In this document: in pieces, positions 1 through 12,340 of the stretch
How positions within the stretch are numbered: the stretch's first letter is position 1
Layout of the letters: every line of letters starts with the position of its first letter
Source: Chiloscyllium plagiosum
Taxonomy: Eukaryota
Assembly (NCBI RefSeq): GCF_004010195.1
Contig: NC_057752.1
Coordinates: 14,770,153-14,834,152 of the forward strand
Length of the DNA: 64,000 nucleotides
Direction of reading: 5' to 3'
Made by a program: the position numbers and the translations under genes
Notes under the pieces: generated by a model
The model's database searches: none
The model's input: the letters and a program-made list of their open reading frames with translations, nothing else
Told to the model about the DNA's origin: nothing

Positions 1-765
1 TTTCCTATAGTAGGGTGACCAGAACTGGACACAATATTCTAAGTGTGGCCTCACCAGGGACTTGTAGAGTTGCAGCAAAACCTCACGGCTCTTAAACTCG
101 ATCCCCCTGTTATGAAAGCCAAAACACCATATACTTTCTTAACAACTCTATCCACTTGGGTGGGAACTTTGAGGGATCTATGTACTTGCACACCAAGATC
201 CCTCTGTTCCTCCACACAGCCAAGAATCCTGTCTTTAATCCTATATTCAGCATTCGAGTTTGACCTTCCAAAATGCATCACTTTACATTTATCCAGGTTG
301 AACTCCATCTGCCATTTCTCAGCCCAGCTCTGCATCCTGTCTATGTCGCGCTGCAGACTGCAGTAGCCCTCTATACTATCGAGGACTCCTCCAACCTTTG
401 TGTCATCTGCAAATTTACTAACCCACCCCTCAACCTCTTCATCCAAGTCATTTATAAAAACTACAAAGAGCAGAGGCCCAAGTACAGAGCCCTGCGGGAC
501 CCCGCTCAACACTGTCCTCCAGGCACGCAGTATTCCAACAGTGGCCTAACCAATGTTCTGTACAGCCGCAACATGACCTCCCAACTCCTGTACCCAATAC
601 TCTGACCAATAAAGGAAAGCATACCAAATGCCTGCTTCGCTATCCTATCCACCTGCGACTCCACTTTCAAGGAGCTATCAATCTGCACTCCAAGGTCTCT
701 TTGTTTAGCAACACTCCCTAGGACATTACCATTAAGTGTATAAGTCCTGCTAAAAGTTGCTTTCC
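1..765 (-). mobile_element. Two adjacent CR1-type LINE ORF2 (RT) fragments
   Basis: ORF 51..512 has [34 protein letters not shown] 506..796 has QRDLGV..LYRTLVRPLLEYC. Confidence 0.9.
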
Positions 766-3577
766 AAAAATGCAGCCCCTCACAGAAATAAAACAAAAAT
801 GTGTGAGGGTGATTCCCTTACTCACACACTCGGTGATAAAACAAGAATCTGTATCTATGATTCTCACACACACAAACACACACGCAAACAGTGATAAAAC
901 AAGGATCTGTGTCTGTGATTCCCTCACACACACATTGATAAAACAAGGATCTGTGTCTGTGATTCCCTCTCTCTCTCTCTATCTCACACATACACAGTGA
1001 TAAAAGGTGGATCTGTGTCTGTGATTCCCTCCCTCACATGCACACTGATAAAACAAGGATCTGTGTCTTTGATTCCCTCACTGATACACACAGCGATAAA
1101 ACAAGGATCTGCGTCTATGATTCCGTCACTAATACGCACTGTGATAAAAGAAGGACCTATGTCAGTAATCTCCTCACTCAAGTACACATTGATAAAACAA
1201 GGATTTGTGGCTGTGATTCCCTCACCAACACACACAGTAATAAAACAAGGATCTGTGTCTGTGATTCCCTCACTCTCACACACAGTGATAAAATGAGCAG
1301 CTGGGCCTGTGATTCCCTGACTAACACACACATTGATAAAACAGGGATGTGAGTCTGTGATATCCTCACTCACACACACAGTGAAATTACAAGGATTTAT
1401 GTCTGTGATTCCCTCACTAACACGCACTGTGATAAGAGAAGGATCTATGTCAGTAATTTCCTCACTCAAGTACATATTGATAAAACAAGGATCTGTGTCT
1501 GTGATTCCCTCACTCACACACACAGTGATAAAACAAGGATCTGCGTCTGTGATTCCCTCACATGCACACACAGTGATAAAACAAGGATCTGTGTCTGTGA
1601 TTCCCTCACTCACACACACAGTGATAAAACAAGGATCTGTGTCTGTGATTCCCTCACATGCACACACAGTGATAAAACAAGGATCTGTGCCTTAGAATCC
1701 CTCACACATACACAATGATAAAACAAGGACCTGTGTCTGTGGTTCCCTCACTAACACAGAGACAGCGATAAAGCAAGGATTCCCTCACTGACACACACAG
1801 TGATATAACAAGGATTTGGGTCTGTGATTCCCTCACTAACACACACAGTGATAAAGCAAGGATCTGTGTCTATGATTCCCTCGCTCACACACATAGTGAT
1901 AAAACAAGGACCTGTGTCTGTGATACCTTCACTGACACACACTGTGATAAAACAAGGATCTATGTCAGTAATTTCCTCGCTCAAGTACATAATGATAAAA
2001 CAAGGATCTGTGTCTGTGATTCCCTCAGTAACACACACAGTGATAAAACTGGGATCTGTGTCTGTGACACACACACACACACTCACACACACAGTGATAA
2101 AACAAGAATCTGGGTCTGTGATTCCCTCACTAACAAACACAGTGATAAAACAAGGATCTGTGTCCATGATTCCCTCACACTCACAAACACACACACAAAC
2201 AGTGATAAAACAAGGATCTGCGTTGGTGATTCCCTCACACACACACACAATGATAAAACAAGGATCTGTGTCTCTGATTCCCTCACTAACACACACAGCA
2301 ATAAAACAAGGATCAGTGTCCGTGAAAATCTCACACACACACACACAGAGTGATAAAACAAGGATCTGTGTCTATGATTCACACACACACACTGATAAAA
2401 CAAGGATCTGGCTCGGCGATTCCCTCACTGACACACACAGTGATAAAACAAGGATCTGTGTCTATGATTCCCTCACTGACACACACAGTGATAAAACAAG
2501 GATCTGTGTCTGTGATTCCCTCACCCATGCACACGTTGAAATATCAAGGATCTGTGTTGCTGATTCCCTCACTCACACACACAGTGATAAAACAAGGAGC
2601 TGTGTCTATGATTCCCCCACTCTCTCTCTCTCTCACTCACACTCACGCACACACAGTGATAAAAGGTGGATCTGTGTCTGTGATTCCCCCACAATCACAC
2701 AGAGTGAAAAAAGAAGGATCTGTGTCTATGCTTCCCTCACTCACACACACTGTGATAATACAAGAATTTGTGTCTGTGATTCCCTCACAAACACGCACTG
2801 TGATAAAGCAAGGATCTGTGTCTCTGATTCCCTCACTAACACACATAGTGATAAAACAAGGATATATATCTGTGATTCCCTCACTAACACACACCGTGAT
2901 AAAACAAGGATCTGCGTCTATGATTCCCTCACTCACACACAGGGATAAAAGAAGGATCTGTGTCTGTGATTCCCTCACTCACACACACAGGGATAAAAGA
3001 AGGATCTGTGTCTGTGATTCCCTCACTCACACACACAGTGATAAAACAAGGATCTGCGTCTATGATTCCCTCACTCACACACACAGGGATAAAAGAAGGA
3101 TGTGTGTCTGTGATTCCCTCACTCACACACAGTGATAAAACAAGGATCTGTGTCGGTCATTCCCTCTCACACACTGTGATAAAACAAGGATCTGCATCAG
3201 TGATTCCCTCACTAACACACAAAGTGATAAAACAAGGATCTGTGTCTATGATTCCCTCACTCACACACACAGGGATAAAACAAGGATCTGTGTCTATGAT
3301 TCCCTCACGAACACACACACACACACACTGATAAAACAATGATCTGTGTCTGTGATTCCGTCACTAACACACAAAGTGATAAAACAAGGATCTGTGTCTA
3401 TGATTCCCTCACTCACACACACAGTAATAAAAGGTGGATCTGTGTCTGTGATTCCCTCACTCACATGCACAGTGATAAAGCAAGGATCTGTGTCTATGAT
3501 TCCCTCACACACACACACTGATAAAACAAGGATCTGTGTCTGTGATTCCCTCACACTCTCTCTATCTCACACACAAA

Positions 3578-4118
3578 GTTAAAATAACACAGGTTATAGT
3601 CCAACAGGTTTAATTGGAAGCACACTAGCTTTCGGAGCGACGCTCCTTCATCAGGTGATTGTGGAGGGCTCGATCGTAACACAGAATTTATAGCAAAAAT
3701 TTGCAGTGTGATGTAACTGGAATTATACATTGAAGAATTGATTGTCTGTTAATCTTTTCATCTGTTAGAATACAGTGATAGTTTCACTTCTTTCATGTGT
3801 AAATCACAAAACCCTTTATTTAAAAAGTTGCATTCTCGGGTTAGCTGTGAACAATGGTGATAGCTAGACAATATATTGAAGGTGTTATCCCCCTGTGTTC
3901 TCTGTCTATGNNNTGTGTGTGGGTGTCTGTGTGCGCGTCTGTGTGTATCTGTGTCCGTAATGTGACATGAACCCAAGGTCCCGGCTGAGGCCCTCCCTAT
4001 GGGTACCGAACTTAGCTATCAGCCTCTGCTCAGCCACTTTACTCTGCTGCCTGTCCCGAAGTCCACCTTGGAGGATGGTCACCCGAAGGTCCGAGGCTGA
4101 ATGTCCTGGACCACCGAA
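3578..4118 (-). mobile_element. Penelope-like element 3' fragment inserted in the minisatellite
   Basis: Minus strand of ~3960-4113 translates GPGHSASDLRVTILQGGLRDRQQSKVAEQRLIAKFGTHREGLSRDLGFMSH (GIY-YIG C-terminus-like); terminal region carries a hammerhead motif; possible TSD TATCTCACACACA (3563-3575 / 4122-4134). Confidence 0.8.
3623..3657 (-). ncRNA. Minimal type I hammerhead ribozyme motif (Penelope-associated)
   Basis: Minus strand reads cac-CTGATGA-a-GGAGC gtc GCTCC-GAAA-GCTA-gtg: intact core, stem II, palindromic AGCT stem III, 3-bp stem I. Confidence 0.75.
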
Positions 4119-7100
4119 TCATATCTCACACACACAGAGTGATAAAAGGTGGATCTGTGTCTGTGATTCCCTCACTAACACACACCGTGATAAAACAAGG
4201 ATCTATGTCTGTGATTCGTGCGCGCACACACACATTGATAAAACAAGGATCTGTGACTGTGATTCCCTCACACACACACCGTGATAAAACAAGGATCTGT
4301 GTCTGTGATTCCCTCACTAACACACACCGTGATAAAACAAGGATCTATGTCTGTGATTCGCGCGCGCACACACACACACATTGATAAAACAAGGATCTGT
4401 GACTGTGATTCCCTCACACACACACACACACCGTGATAAAACAAGGATCTGTGTCTGTGATTCCTTCACTAACACACACACAGTGATAAAACAAGGATCT
4501 ATGTCTGTGATTCCCGCACACACACACAGACACACACTGATAAAAGAAGGATGTGTCTGTGATTCCCTCACTCACACACACAGGGATAAAACAAGGATCT
4601 GCATCAGTGATTCCCTCACTAACACACACAGTAATAAAACAACTGTCTGAACCTGTGATTCCCTCACTCACACACACAGTGATTAAACAAGGATCTGAGT
4701 CTGTGATTCCCTCACTAACATGCACAGTGATAAAACAAGGATCTGCTCCTGTGATTCCCTCACTCACACACACAGTGATGGTACAAGGAACTGAGTCTGA
4801 GATTCCCTCACACACACACACAGTGAGAAAACACCTGTCTTCATCTGTGATTCCCTCACTCACAAACATAGTAATAAAACAAGGATCTGCGACTGGGATT
4901 CCCTCACTCACACACACACACACACACAGTGATAAAACAATGATCTGTGTCTGTGATTCCCTCACTAACATACGCAGTGATAAAGCATGGATCTGGGTCT
5001 GTCATACCCTCACCAACGCATACAGTGATAATACAAGGATCTGTGTCTATGATTCACTCACCCACACACACACAGTGATAAAACAAGGATCTGTCTCTGC
5101 GTATGATTCCTTCACTCACACCACTGAAAAAACTAGGATCTGTGTCTGTGATTCACACACACAAACACACACACAGCGATATAACAACGATATGTGTCTC
5201 TGTGCACTCAGTCAGGCACACGGTGATAAAGCAAGGATCTGTGTCCGTGATTCTCTCACTAACACAGAGACAGTGGAAAACAAGGATCTGTGTCTGTGAT
5301 TCCTTCACTCATAGTGAGTGATAAAACAAGGATCTGTGTGTGTGATCCCTCACTCTCACACACAGTGTTAAAACAAGGATCTTGTCGGTGATTCCCCAAC
5401 TCTCACACACAGTGATAGAAAAAGGATCTGTGTCTGTGATTCCCTCATTTAGAAACACAGTGATAAAACAAGGATCAGTGTCTGTGATTCACTCACACAC
5501 ACACAGCGATAAAACAAGCAGGAGGGTCTCTGATTCACTCGCTCACACACACAGTGATAAAACAAGGATATGTGTCTATGATTCACTTACTCACACACAC
5601 AGTGATAAAACAAGGATCTGTGTATGTGATTCCCTGACTCACACACACACGCACACATTGATAAAACAAGGATCTGTATGTGTGATTCCTTCACTAACAT
5701 ACACAGTGATAAAACAAGCAGCTGGGTCTGTGATTCCCTCACTAATACACACCGTGATAAAAACAAGGATCAGTGTCGATGATTCCCTCACTCACACACA
5801 CACACACGCACAGATAAAACAAGGATCTGGTTCTGTGATTCCCTCACTAACACACAGTTTGATAAACGAAGGATCTGTGTCTAAGATTCCCTCACTCACA
5901 CACACAGTGATAAAACAAGGATCTCTGTCTGTCTGTGATTCCCACACTCCACACCCACTGGTAAAAGAAGGATCTGTGTCTATGATTTCCTCACTCACGA
6001 ACACTCAGTGATAAACATGGATCTGGATCTGTGTCTCACTCACACGCACAGTGATAAAACATGGATCTGTGTCTGTGATCCCCTCACTAACACACGCACA
6101 CTGTGATAAAACAAGGATCTNNNNNNNNNNNNNNNNNNNNNNNNNNNNNNNNNNNNNNNNNNNNNNNNNNNNNNNNNNNNNNNNNNNNNNNNNNNNNNNN
6201 NNNNNNNNNNNNNNNNNNNNNNNNNNNNNNNNNNNNNNNNNNNNNNNNNNNNNNNNNNNNNNNNNNNNNNNNNNNNNNNNNNNNNNNNNNNNNNNNNNNN
6301 NNNNNNNNNNNNNNNNNNNNNNNNNNNNNNNNNNNNNNNNNNNNNNNNNNNNNNNNNNNNNNNNNNNNNNNNNNNNNNNNNNNNNNNNNNNNNNNNNNNN
6401 NNNNNNNNNNNNNNNNNNNNNNNNNNNNNNNNNNNNNNNNNNNNNNNNNNNNNNNNNNNNNNNNNNNNNNNNNCCCTCACTCACACACACAGTGATAAAA
6501 CAAGGTTCTCTGTATATGATTCCCTCACTCACACCACGGGAAAAACTAGGATCTGTATCTGTGATACACACACACAGCGATATAACAACGATACGTGTCT
6601 CTGTGCACTCAGTCATGCACACGGTGATAAAGCAAGGATCTGTGTCCGTGATTCTCTCACTAACACAGAGACAGTGGAAAACAAGGATATGTGTCTGTGA
6701 TTCCTTCACTCATAGTGAGTGATAAAACAAGGATCTGTGTGTGTGATCCCTCACTCTCACACACAGTGTTAAAACAAGGATCTTGTCTGTGATTCCCCAA
6801 CTCACACACACAGTAATAGAACAAGGATCTGTGTCTGTGATTCCCTCATTCAGCAACACAGTGATAAAACAAGGATCCGTGTCTGTGATTCACTCACACA
6901 CACACAGCGATAAAACAAATACCTGTGTCTGTGATTCAGTCACACACACACAGATACAGTGATAAAACAAGGATCTGTGTCTATGATTCCCTCACACACA
7001 CACACAGAGATAAAACAAGCAGCAGGGTCTCTGATTCTCTCACTAACACACACAGTGATAAAACAAGGAACTGTGTCTATCATTCTCTCACTCACACACA

Positions 7101-9037
7101 GTGATAAAACAAGGATCTGTGTCCATGATTCACTCGCGCGCACACACACAGTGATAAAACAAGGATCTGTATGTGTGATTCCTTCACTAACATACCCAGT
7201 GATGATACAAGCAGCTGGGTCTGTGATTCCCTCACTAATACACACAGTGATAAAAACAAGGATCAGTGTCTATGATTCCCTCACTCGCACACACACATGC
7301 ACAGATAAAACAAGGATCGGGTTCTGTGATTCCCTCACTAACACACAGGTTTATAAACGAAGGATCTGTGTCTATGATTCCCTCACTCACGCACACAGTG
7401 ATAAAACATGGATCTGTGTCTGTGATTCCCTCACTAACACACGCACACAGCGATAAAACAAGCAGGAGGGTCTCTGATTCCCTCACTCACACACACAGTG
7501 ATAAAACAAGGATCTGTGTCTGTGATTCCCTCACTCTCACACACAGTGATAAAACAAGGTTCTCTATATATGATTCCTTCACTCACACCACTGAAAAAAC
7601 TAAGATCTGTGTCTGTGATTCACACACACAGCGATATAACAACGATACGTGTCTCTGTGCACTCAGTCATGCACACGGTGATAAAGCAAGGATCTGTGTC
7701 CGTGATTCTCTCACTAATACAGAGACAGTGGAAAACAAGGATCTGTGTCTGTGATTCCCTCATTCAGAAACACAGTGATAAAACAAGGATCCGTGTCTGT
7801 GATTCACTCACACACACACACCGATAAAACAAATACCTGTGTCTGTGATTCACTCACACACACAGTGATATAACAACGATACGTGTCTCTGTGCACTCAG
7901 TCATGCACACGGTGATAAAGCAAGGATCTGTGTCCGTGATTCTCTCACTAACACAGAGACAGTGGAAAACAAGGATATGTGACTGTAATTCCTTCACTCA
8001 TAGTGAGTGATAAAACAAGGATCTGTGTGTGAGAGAGTGAGGGATCACACACAGTGTTAAAACAAGGATCTGTGTCTGTGATTTCCTCACTCTCACCGAA
8101 GGCATATAATAAGGACCTGTATCTGAAATTCCCGCACTCATATACAGTGACAAGACAAGGATACGTGTCTGTGATTCCTTCACTCACATGGAATGATAAA
8201 ACAAGGATGTGCATCAGTGATTCACTCACAAACACACAGCGATAAAACAAGGACTTGTGCCTGTGATTCCCTCACTCTCACTGACAGTGATAAAATAAGG
8301 ATCTGTGTCTCGGAATCCCTCACTAACACACAGTGACAAAACAAGGATCTTTGTCTGTGATTACCTCACACACACGCGCACATATAAAACAAGGATCTGG
8401 TTCTGCGATTCCAACACACAGGTTGATAAACGAAGGATCTGTGTATATGATTCCCTCACTCACGCACATAGTGACAAGACAAGGATCTGTGTCTGTGATT
8501 CCCTCACGAACACTGACAGTGACAAGACAAGGATCTGTGTCTGTGATTCCCTCACTAACACACAGTGACAAGACAAGGATCTGTGTCAATGATTCCTGCA
8601 CTAACACACACAGCAATAAAACAAGGATCTGAGTCTGTGATTCCCTCACACACAGACAGTGATAAAATAAGGATCTGTTTCTGGTAATCCCTCACTAACA
8701 CAGTGACAAAACAAGGATCTTTGTCTGTGATTACCTCACACACACGCGCACATATAAAACAAGGATCTGGTTCTGTGATTCCAACACACAGGTTGATAAA
8801 CGAAGGATCGGTGTCTATGATTCCCTCACTCACGCACATAGTGATAAAACAAGGATCTGTGTCTGTGATTCCCTCACGAACACTCACAGTGATAAACATG
8901 GATCTGGATCTGTGACTCACTCACTCGCACAGTGATAAAACATGGATCTGTGTCTGTGATTCTCTCACTCACACACAGTGACAAGACAAGGATCTGTTTC
9001 TGGTAATCCCTCACTAACAAGGATCTCTGTCTGCAAT

Positions 9038-9039
<2 letters not shown>

Positions 9040-9111
<72 letters not shown>
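9040..9111. repeat. (AC)n microsatellite, ~36 units
   Basis: Pure AC run at the end of the minisatellite. Confidence 0.98.
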
Positions 9112-9113
<2 letters not shown>

Positions 9114-9478
9114 TGCCTGTGTCTATGATTCTGTCACGAACGCGCAGTGAGAAAACAAGGCGTCAATAAGTAAGACCATATAACGTAAGGGCAGAAATTA
9201 TGCCATTCAGCCCATCGAATCTGCTCCACCATTGAATCATGGCTAATAAGTTTCTCAATCTCAGTCTCCTGCTTTCTCCCTGTCACCTTTGGTCCCCTTG
9301 ATACTCAAGAACCTATCTATCTCAGTCTTAAATGCACAGACTTGGCCTCCACAACCTTCTGTGGCAGTGAATTTCACAGATTCACCACTCTCTTGCTGAC
9401 GAGATTTCTCCTTATGTCTGTTCTACCAATGGAAATATCTTCCCAACATCCAATCTGTCCAGGCCCTTCAGTATTCTA

Positions 9479-9716
9479 GCTGAAAATGTGTTGCTGGAAA
9501 AGCGCAGCAGGTCAGGCAGCATCCAAGGAGCAGGAGAATCGACGTTTCGGGCATGAGCCCTTCTTCAGGATTCCTGAAAAAGAAAAGATTCCTGAAGAAG
9601 GGCTCATGCCCGAAACGTCGATTCTCCTGCTCCTTGAATGCTGCCTGACCTGTTGCGCTTTTCCAGCAACACATTTTCAGCTCTGATCTCCAGCATCTGC
9701 ACTCCTTACTTTCTCT
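9479..9716. mobile_element. Palindromic Penelope-derived mini-element, copy 1 (hammerhead motifs 9536-9573 minus, 9587-9624 plus)
   Basis: ~93-bp inverted arms (9478-9682) plus one-sided tail; 12-bp TSD TTCAGTATTCTA at 9467-9478 and 9717-9728. Confidence 0.85.
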
Positions 9717-10637
9717 TTCAGTATTCTATGTGTTTCAATTAGATCTTCTCCTCATCCTTCTAAATTTCATTGAGAATAAACCCAGAGTCTTCAAACGTTC
9801 CTCATATGTTAAGCTTTTCATTCCTGGGACCATTCTCATGAACCTCCTCTGAAAACACTCCAGGGCCAGTACATCCTTCCTGAGGTATGCAGCCCAAAGC
9901 TGTGCACAATACTCCAAATGTGGTCTGACCAAGCCTTATAGAGCCTCAGAATGACATCCCTGCTTTTATATTCAAGTCCTCTCAAAATAAATGCCACTTG
10001 CCTTCTTAACTACTGACTCAATCTGCAGGTTTACCTTGAGCGAATCCTGGACTAGAACTCCCAAGTCTCTTTGCAGTTCAGACTTCTGAATTTATCCCCA
10101 TTTAGAAAATAGTCCATGCCTCTATTCTTCCTACCAAAGTGCATGACCTCTCACTTTCCTATCTGCCACCTCTTTGCCCACTCTCCTAATCTGTCCAAAT
10201 CCTTCTGCAGCCTCCCTGCCTCCTCAATGCTACCAGTCCCTCTATCTATCTTTGTACCATTGGAAATTTAGCCAGAATGCCCCCAGTTCTTTCAGCTAGA
10301 TTGTTATTGTATAAAGTGAAAAGTTGTAGTCCCAACATTGAGCCCTCCAGAAGACCACATGTCACCAGCTATCATCCTGAGATTTTTTATCCCCTAATCC
10401 TCGTGATTCCTGAACGATCATCGCTAATGCTTCCACTATCTCTTCAGCTTTCTCCCTTAGAGCTCTGGGGCACAGTCCATTTGGTCCAGGTGATTTATCC
10501 ATGTTCAGGCCATTCCATTTTTCCTAGCACCCTCACCTTGGTGATGGCCACCATACTCAGCTCCGCCCTCTCACTCTCTTGAAGTTTTGGGATATTACTC
10601 ATGTTTTTCACTGTGAAGACTGACATGAAGTAATTAT

Positions 10638-10961
10638 TAGAATCATAGTATCCTACAGTGTGGATACAGGCCCTTCGGCCCAACAAGCCCACCCCAATCC
10701 TCTGAAGTGTAACCCACTCAGACCCAAGCCGCCTTGCTGATCTTTGAGGGGCCCTATTCTCTTCCTAGTTACCCTTTTGTCCTTAATGTACTTGTAAAAT
10801 CCTGCATGCCTTTGGATTGTGGAAGGAAACTGGAGCACCCGGAGGAAACCCACTGGAGAATTTGCCAACTCCACACAGACAGTCATCTGAGATTGGAATC
10901 GAACCCAGGTCCCTGGTGCTGTGAGACAGCAGTGCTAACCACTGAACCACCATGCCGCCCC
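10638..10961 (-). mobile_element. HE1-type tRNA-derived SINE with its middle replaced by a short CR1 fragment (~10728-10802)
   Basis: Reverse complement of the GGGCGGCATGGTGGTTCAGTGGTTAGCACT head and of the GGGCCGAAGGGCCTGT tail. Confidence 0.75.
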
Positions 10962-11379
10962 ATGCCTCAGCAATTTCCTTGTTCCCCACTACCATCTCCC
11001 CAGCATCATTTTCCAGTGGCTCAATGTCCACTTTTGCCTCTCTTTTGCCATTCATATATCTAAAGGAACTCTGACAGTTTTCCTTCATATTACTGGCTAG
11101 CTCATCCTCATATTTAATCTTCTCCCTCCTTAATTCTTCTTTTGTTGCCCTCTGTTGATCTTTGCAAGCTTCCCAATCCTCTGGTTTCCCACTGCCCTTC
11201 AGCAAATTGTAGGCTTTCTCTTTTGCTTTTCTGCTATCCCTGACTTCTCCTGACAGCCATAGTTGCCTCATCCTCCCTGTACCATGCTCTATTTTCCTCA
11301 GGATGAATCTCTGTTGCGTCTCCTGCATTATTCCCAGAAACCCCTGCCGTTGTCTTTTCTGTGAGACTCCTCTCCTAGA

Positions 11380-11580
11380 TGTGGAGCTGGGAAAGCATAG
11401 CAGGTCAGACAGCATTCAAGGAGCAGGAAAGTCAACATTTCAGGCCAAAACCATTCGTCAGCACTGGGGATGGGAGCCCAGAAACAAATAGTGGGATGGG
11501 CCGAGGGGAAAGGTTGCTGGGATAGCGACAGGTGGGTGCAGGGTGTTATTGTGATGAGGCAGTGGGAAGGATGGAGCAGA
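11380..11580 (-). mobile_element. Decayed Penelope-like terminal fragment with degenerate hammerhead
   Basis: Similar to the palindrome arm; minus strand CTGACGA-atggttttggcct-GAAA-tgtt. Confidence 0.6.
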
Positions 11581-12340
11581 TACACACGCAGGGATAAAAC
11601 AAGGATCTGTGTCTGTCATTCCCACACTAACACACACATACACAGTGATAAAACAAGGACCTGCGTGTGTCCCTCCCTCACTAACACACACGGTGATAAA
11701 AAAGGGTCTGTATGATTCGGTCACACAGTGATCGGAATGTCTGCGATCCTCTGAAAAACACCCAGTGATGGAACTGAGGTCTGTGTTTCCCATATGATGA
11801 TGGGTCTGGTGTATCTGTGATTTCCTCACACACACAGTGATGTGACTGGGATTTGTGCCTGTGATTCCCTCACACACAGCACAGTGTTGGGACTGCAGTC
11901 TGTTTCTGTGATTCTCTTCAACAGACAAATGATGTGACTGGGAGTCTTTGTGCACGATTCCCTCACACACACACACACATGCAGTGATCAAAGTGGGGAA
12001 AGGGGGAGGTGTTTGTGTGTTTCCCAAACAATACTGGAGTCTGTGTCTGTGGTTCTTTCATGAATACACACACTGATCAGACTAGGGTCTGTATCTATGA
12101 TTCCCTGATACATACACAGATCTCAGGTCATATCATCATGTGTATGTGGTTCCCTCACTAACATACACACAGTGGTGTGACTGGGGTTTGTGCCTCTGGT
12201 TTTATCACTAACACACATAGTAATCAGATTCAGGTCTGTGTCTTTGATTGCCTCACACACTGGCTTATTGGTCTGGTAATTGTATCACACTGAGATTGTC
12301 TCACACTGTGTTGGGGTTGGTGTCTATGACTGTGATTAAG
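11580..12340. repeat. Degenerate cluster of the same 48-bp minisatellite
   Basis: gataaaacaaggatctgtgtctg units decaying rightwards into cacagtgat..ctgg..tgtgattccctcacac. Confidence 0.8.

Larger units (their letters stand above)
780..9160. repeat. Large minisatellite, ~48-bp unit CACACAGTGATAAAACAAGGATCTGTGTCTGTGATTCCCTCACT(C/A)ACA with variable CA tract
   Basis: Direct tandem repetition visible throughout; ORFs repeat the 16-aa HTVIKQGSVSVIPSLT. Interrupted by a Penelope insertion (3578-4118) and an N gap (6121-6473). Confidence 0.97.
9170..11355 (-). mobile_element. Decayed CR1-type LINE with 3' tail, interrupted by the palindromic element and SINE pieces
   Basis: ORFs with [25 protein letters not shown] and KAKEKAYN..EDWE; taagaccata tail at the left end. 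Confidence 0.85.

Noticed and set aside
6005..6722. ORFs spanning N runs (also 28425-29090, 60241-61225, 63371-63836)
   Set aside because: Lengths inflated by assembly gaps.
984..8920. Long ORFs (up to 374 aa) with repeated HTVIKQGSVSVIPSLT / CVSEGITDTDPCFITV
   Set aside because: By-product of a 48-bp (multiple of 3) minisatellite open on both strands with frequent frameshifts; no splice or start context.
780..9160. CRISPR-like regular repeat
   Set aside because: No unique spacers, no cas genes, vertebrate context.
9468..9686. MCCWKSAAGQ.. ORFs on both strands (also 13346-13567, 39869-40105)
   Set aside because: Mirror translations of the palindromic element, not proteins.
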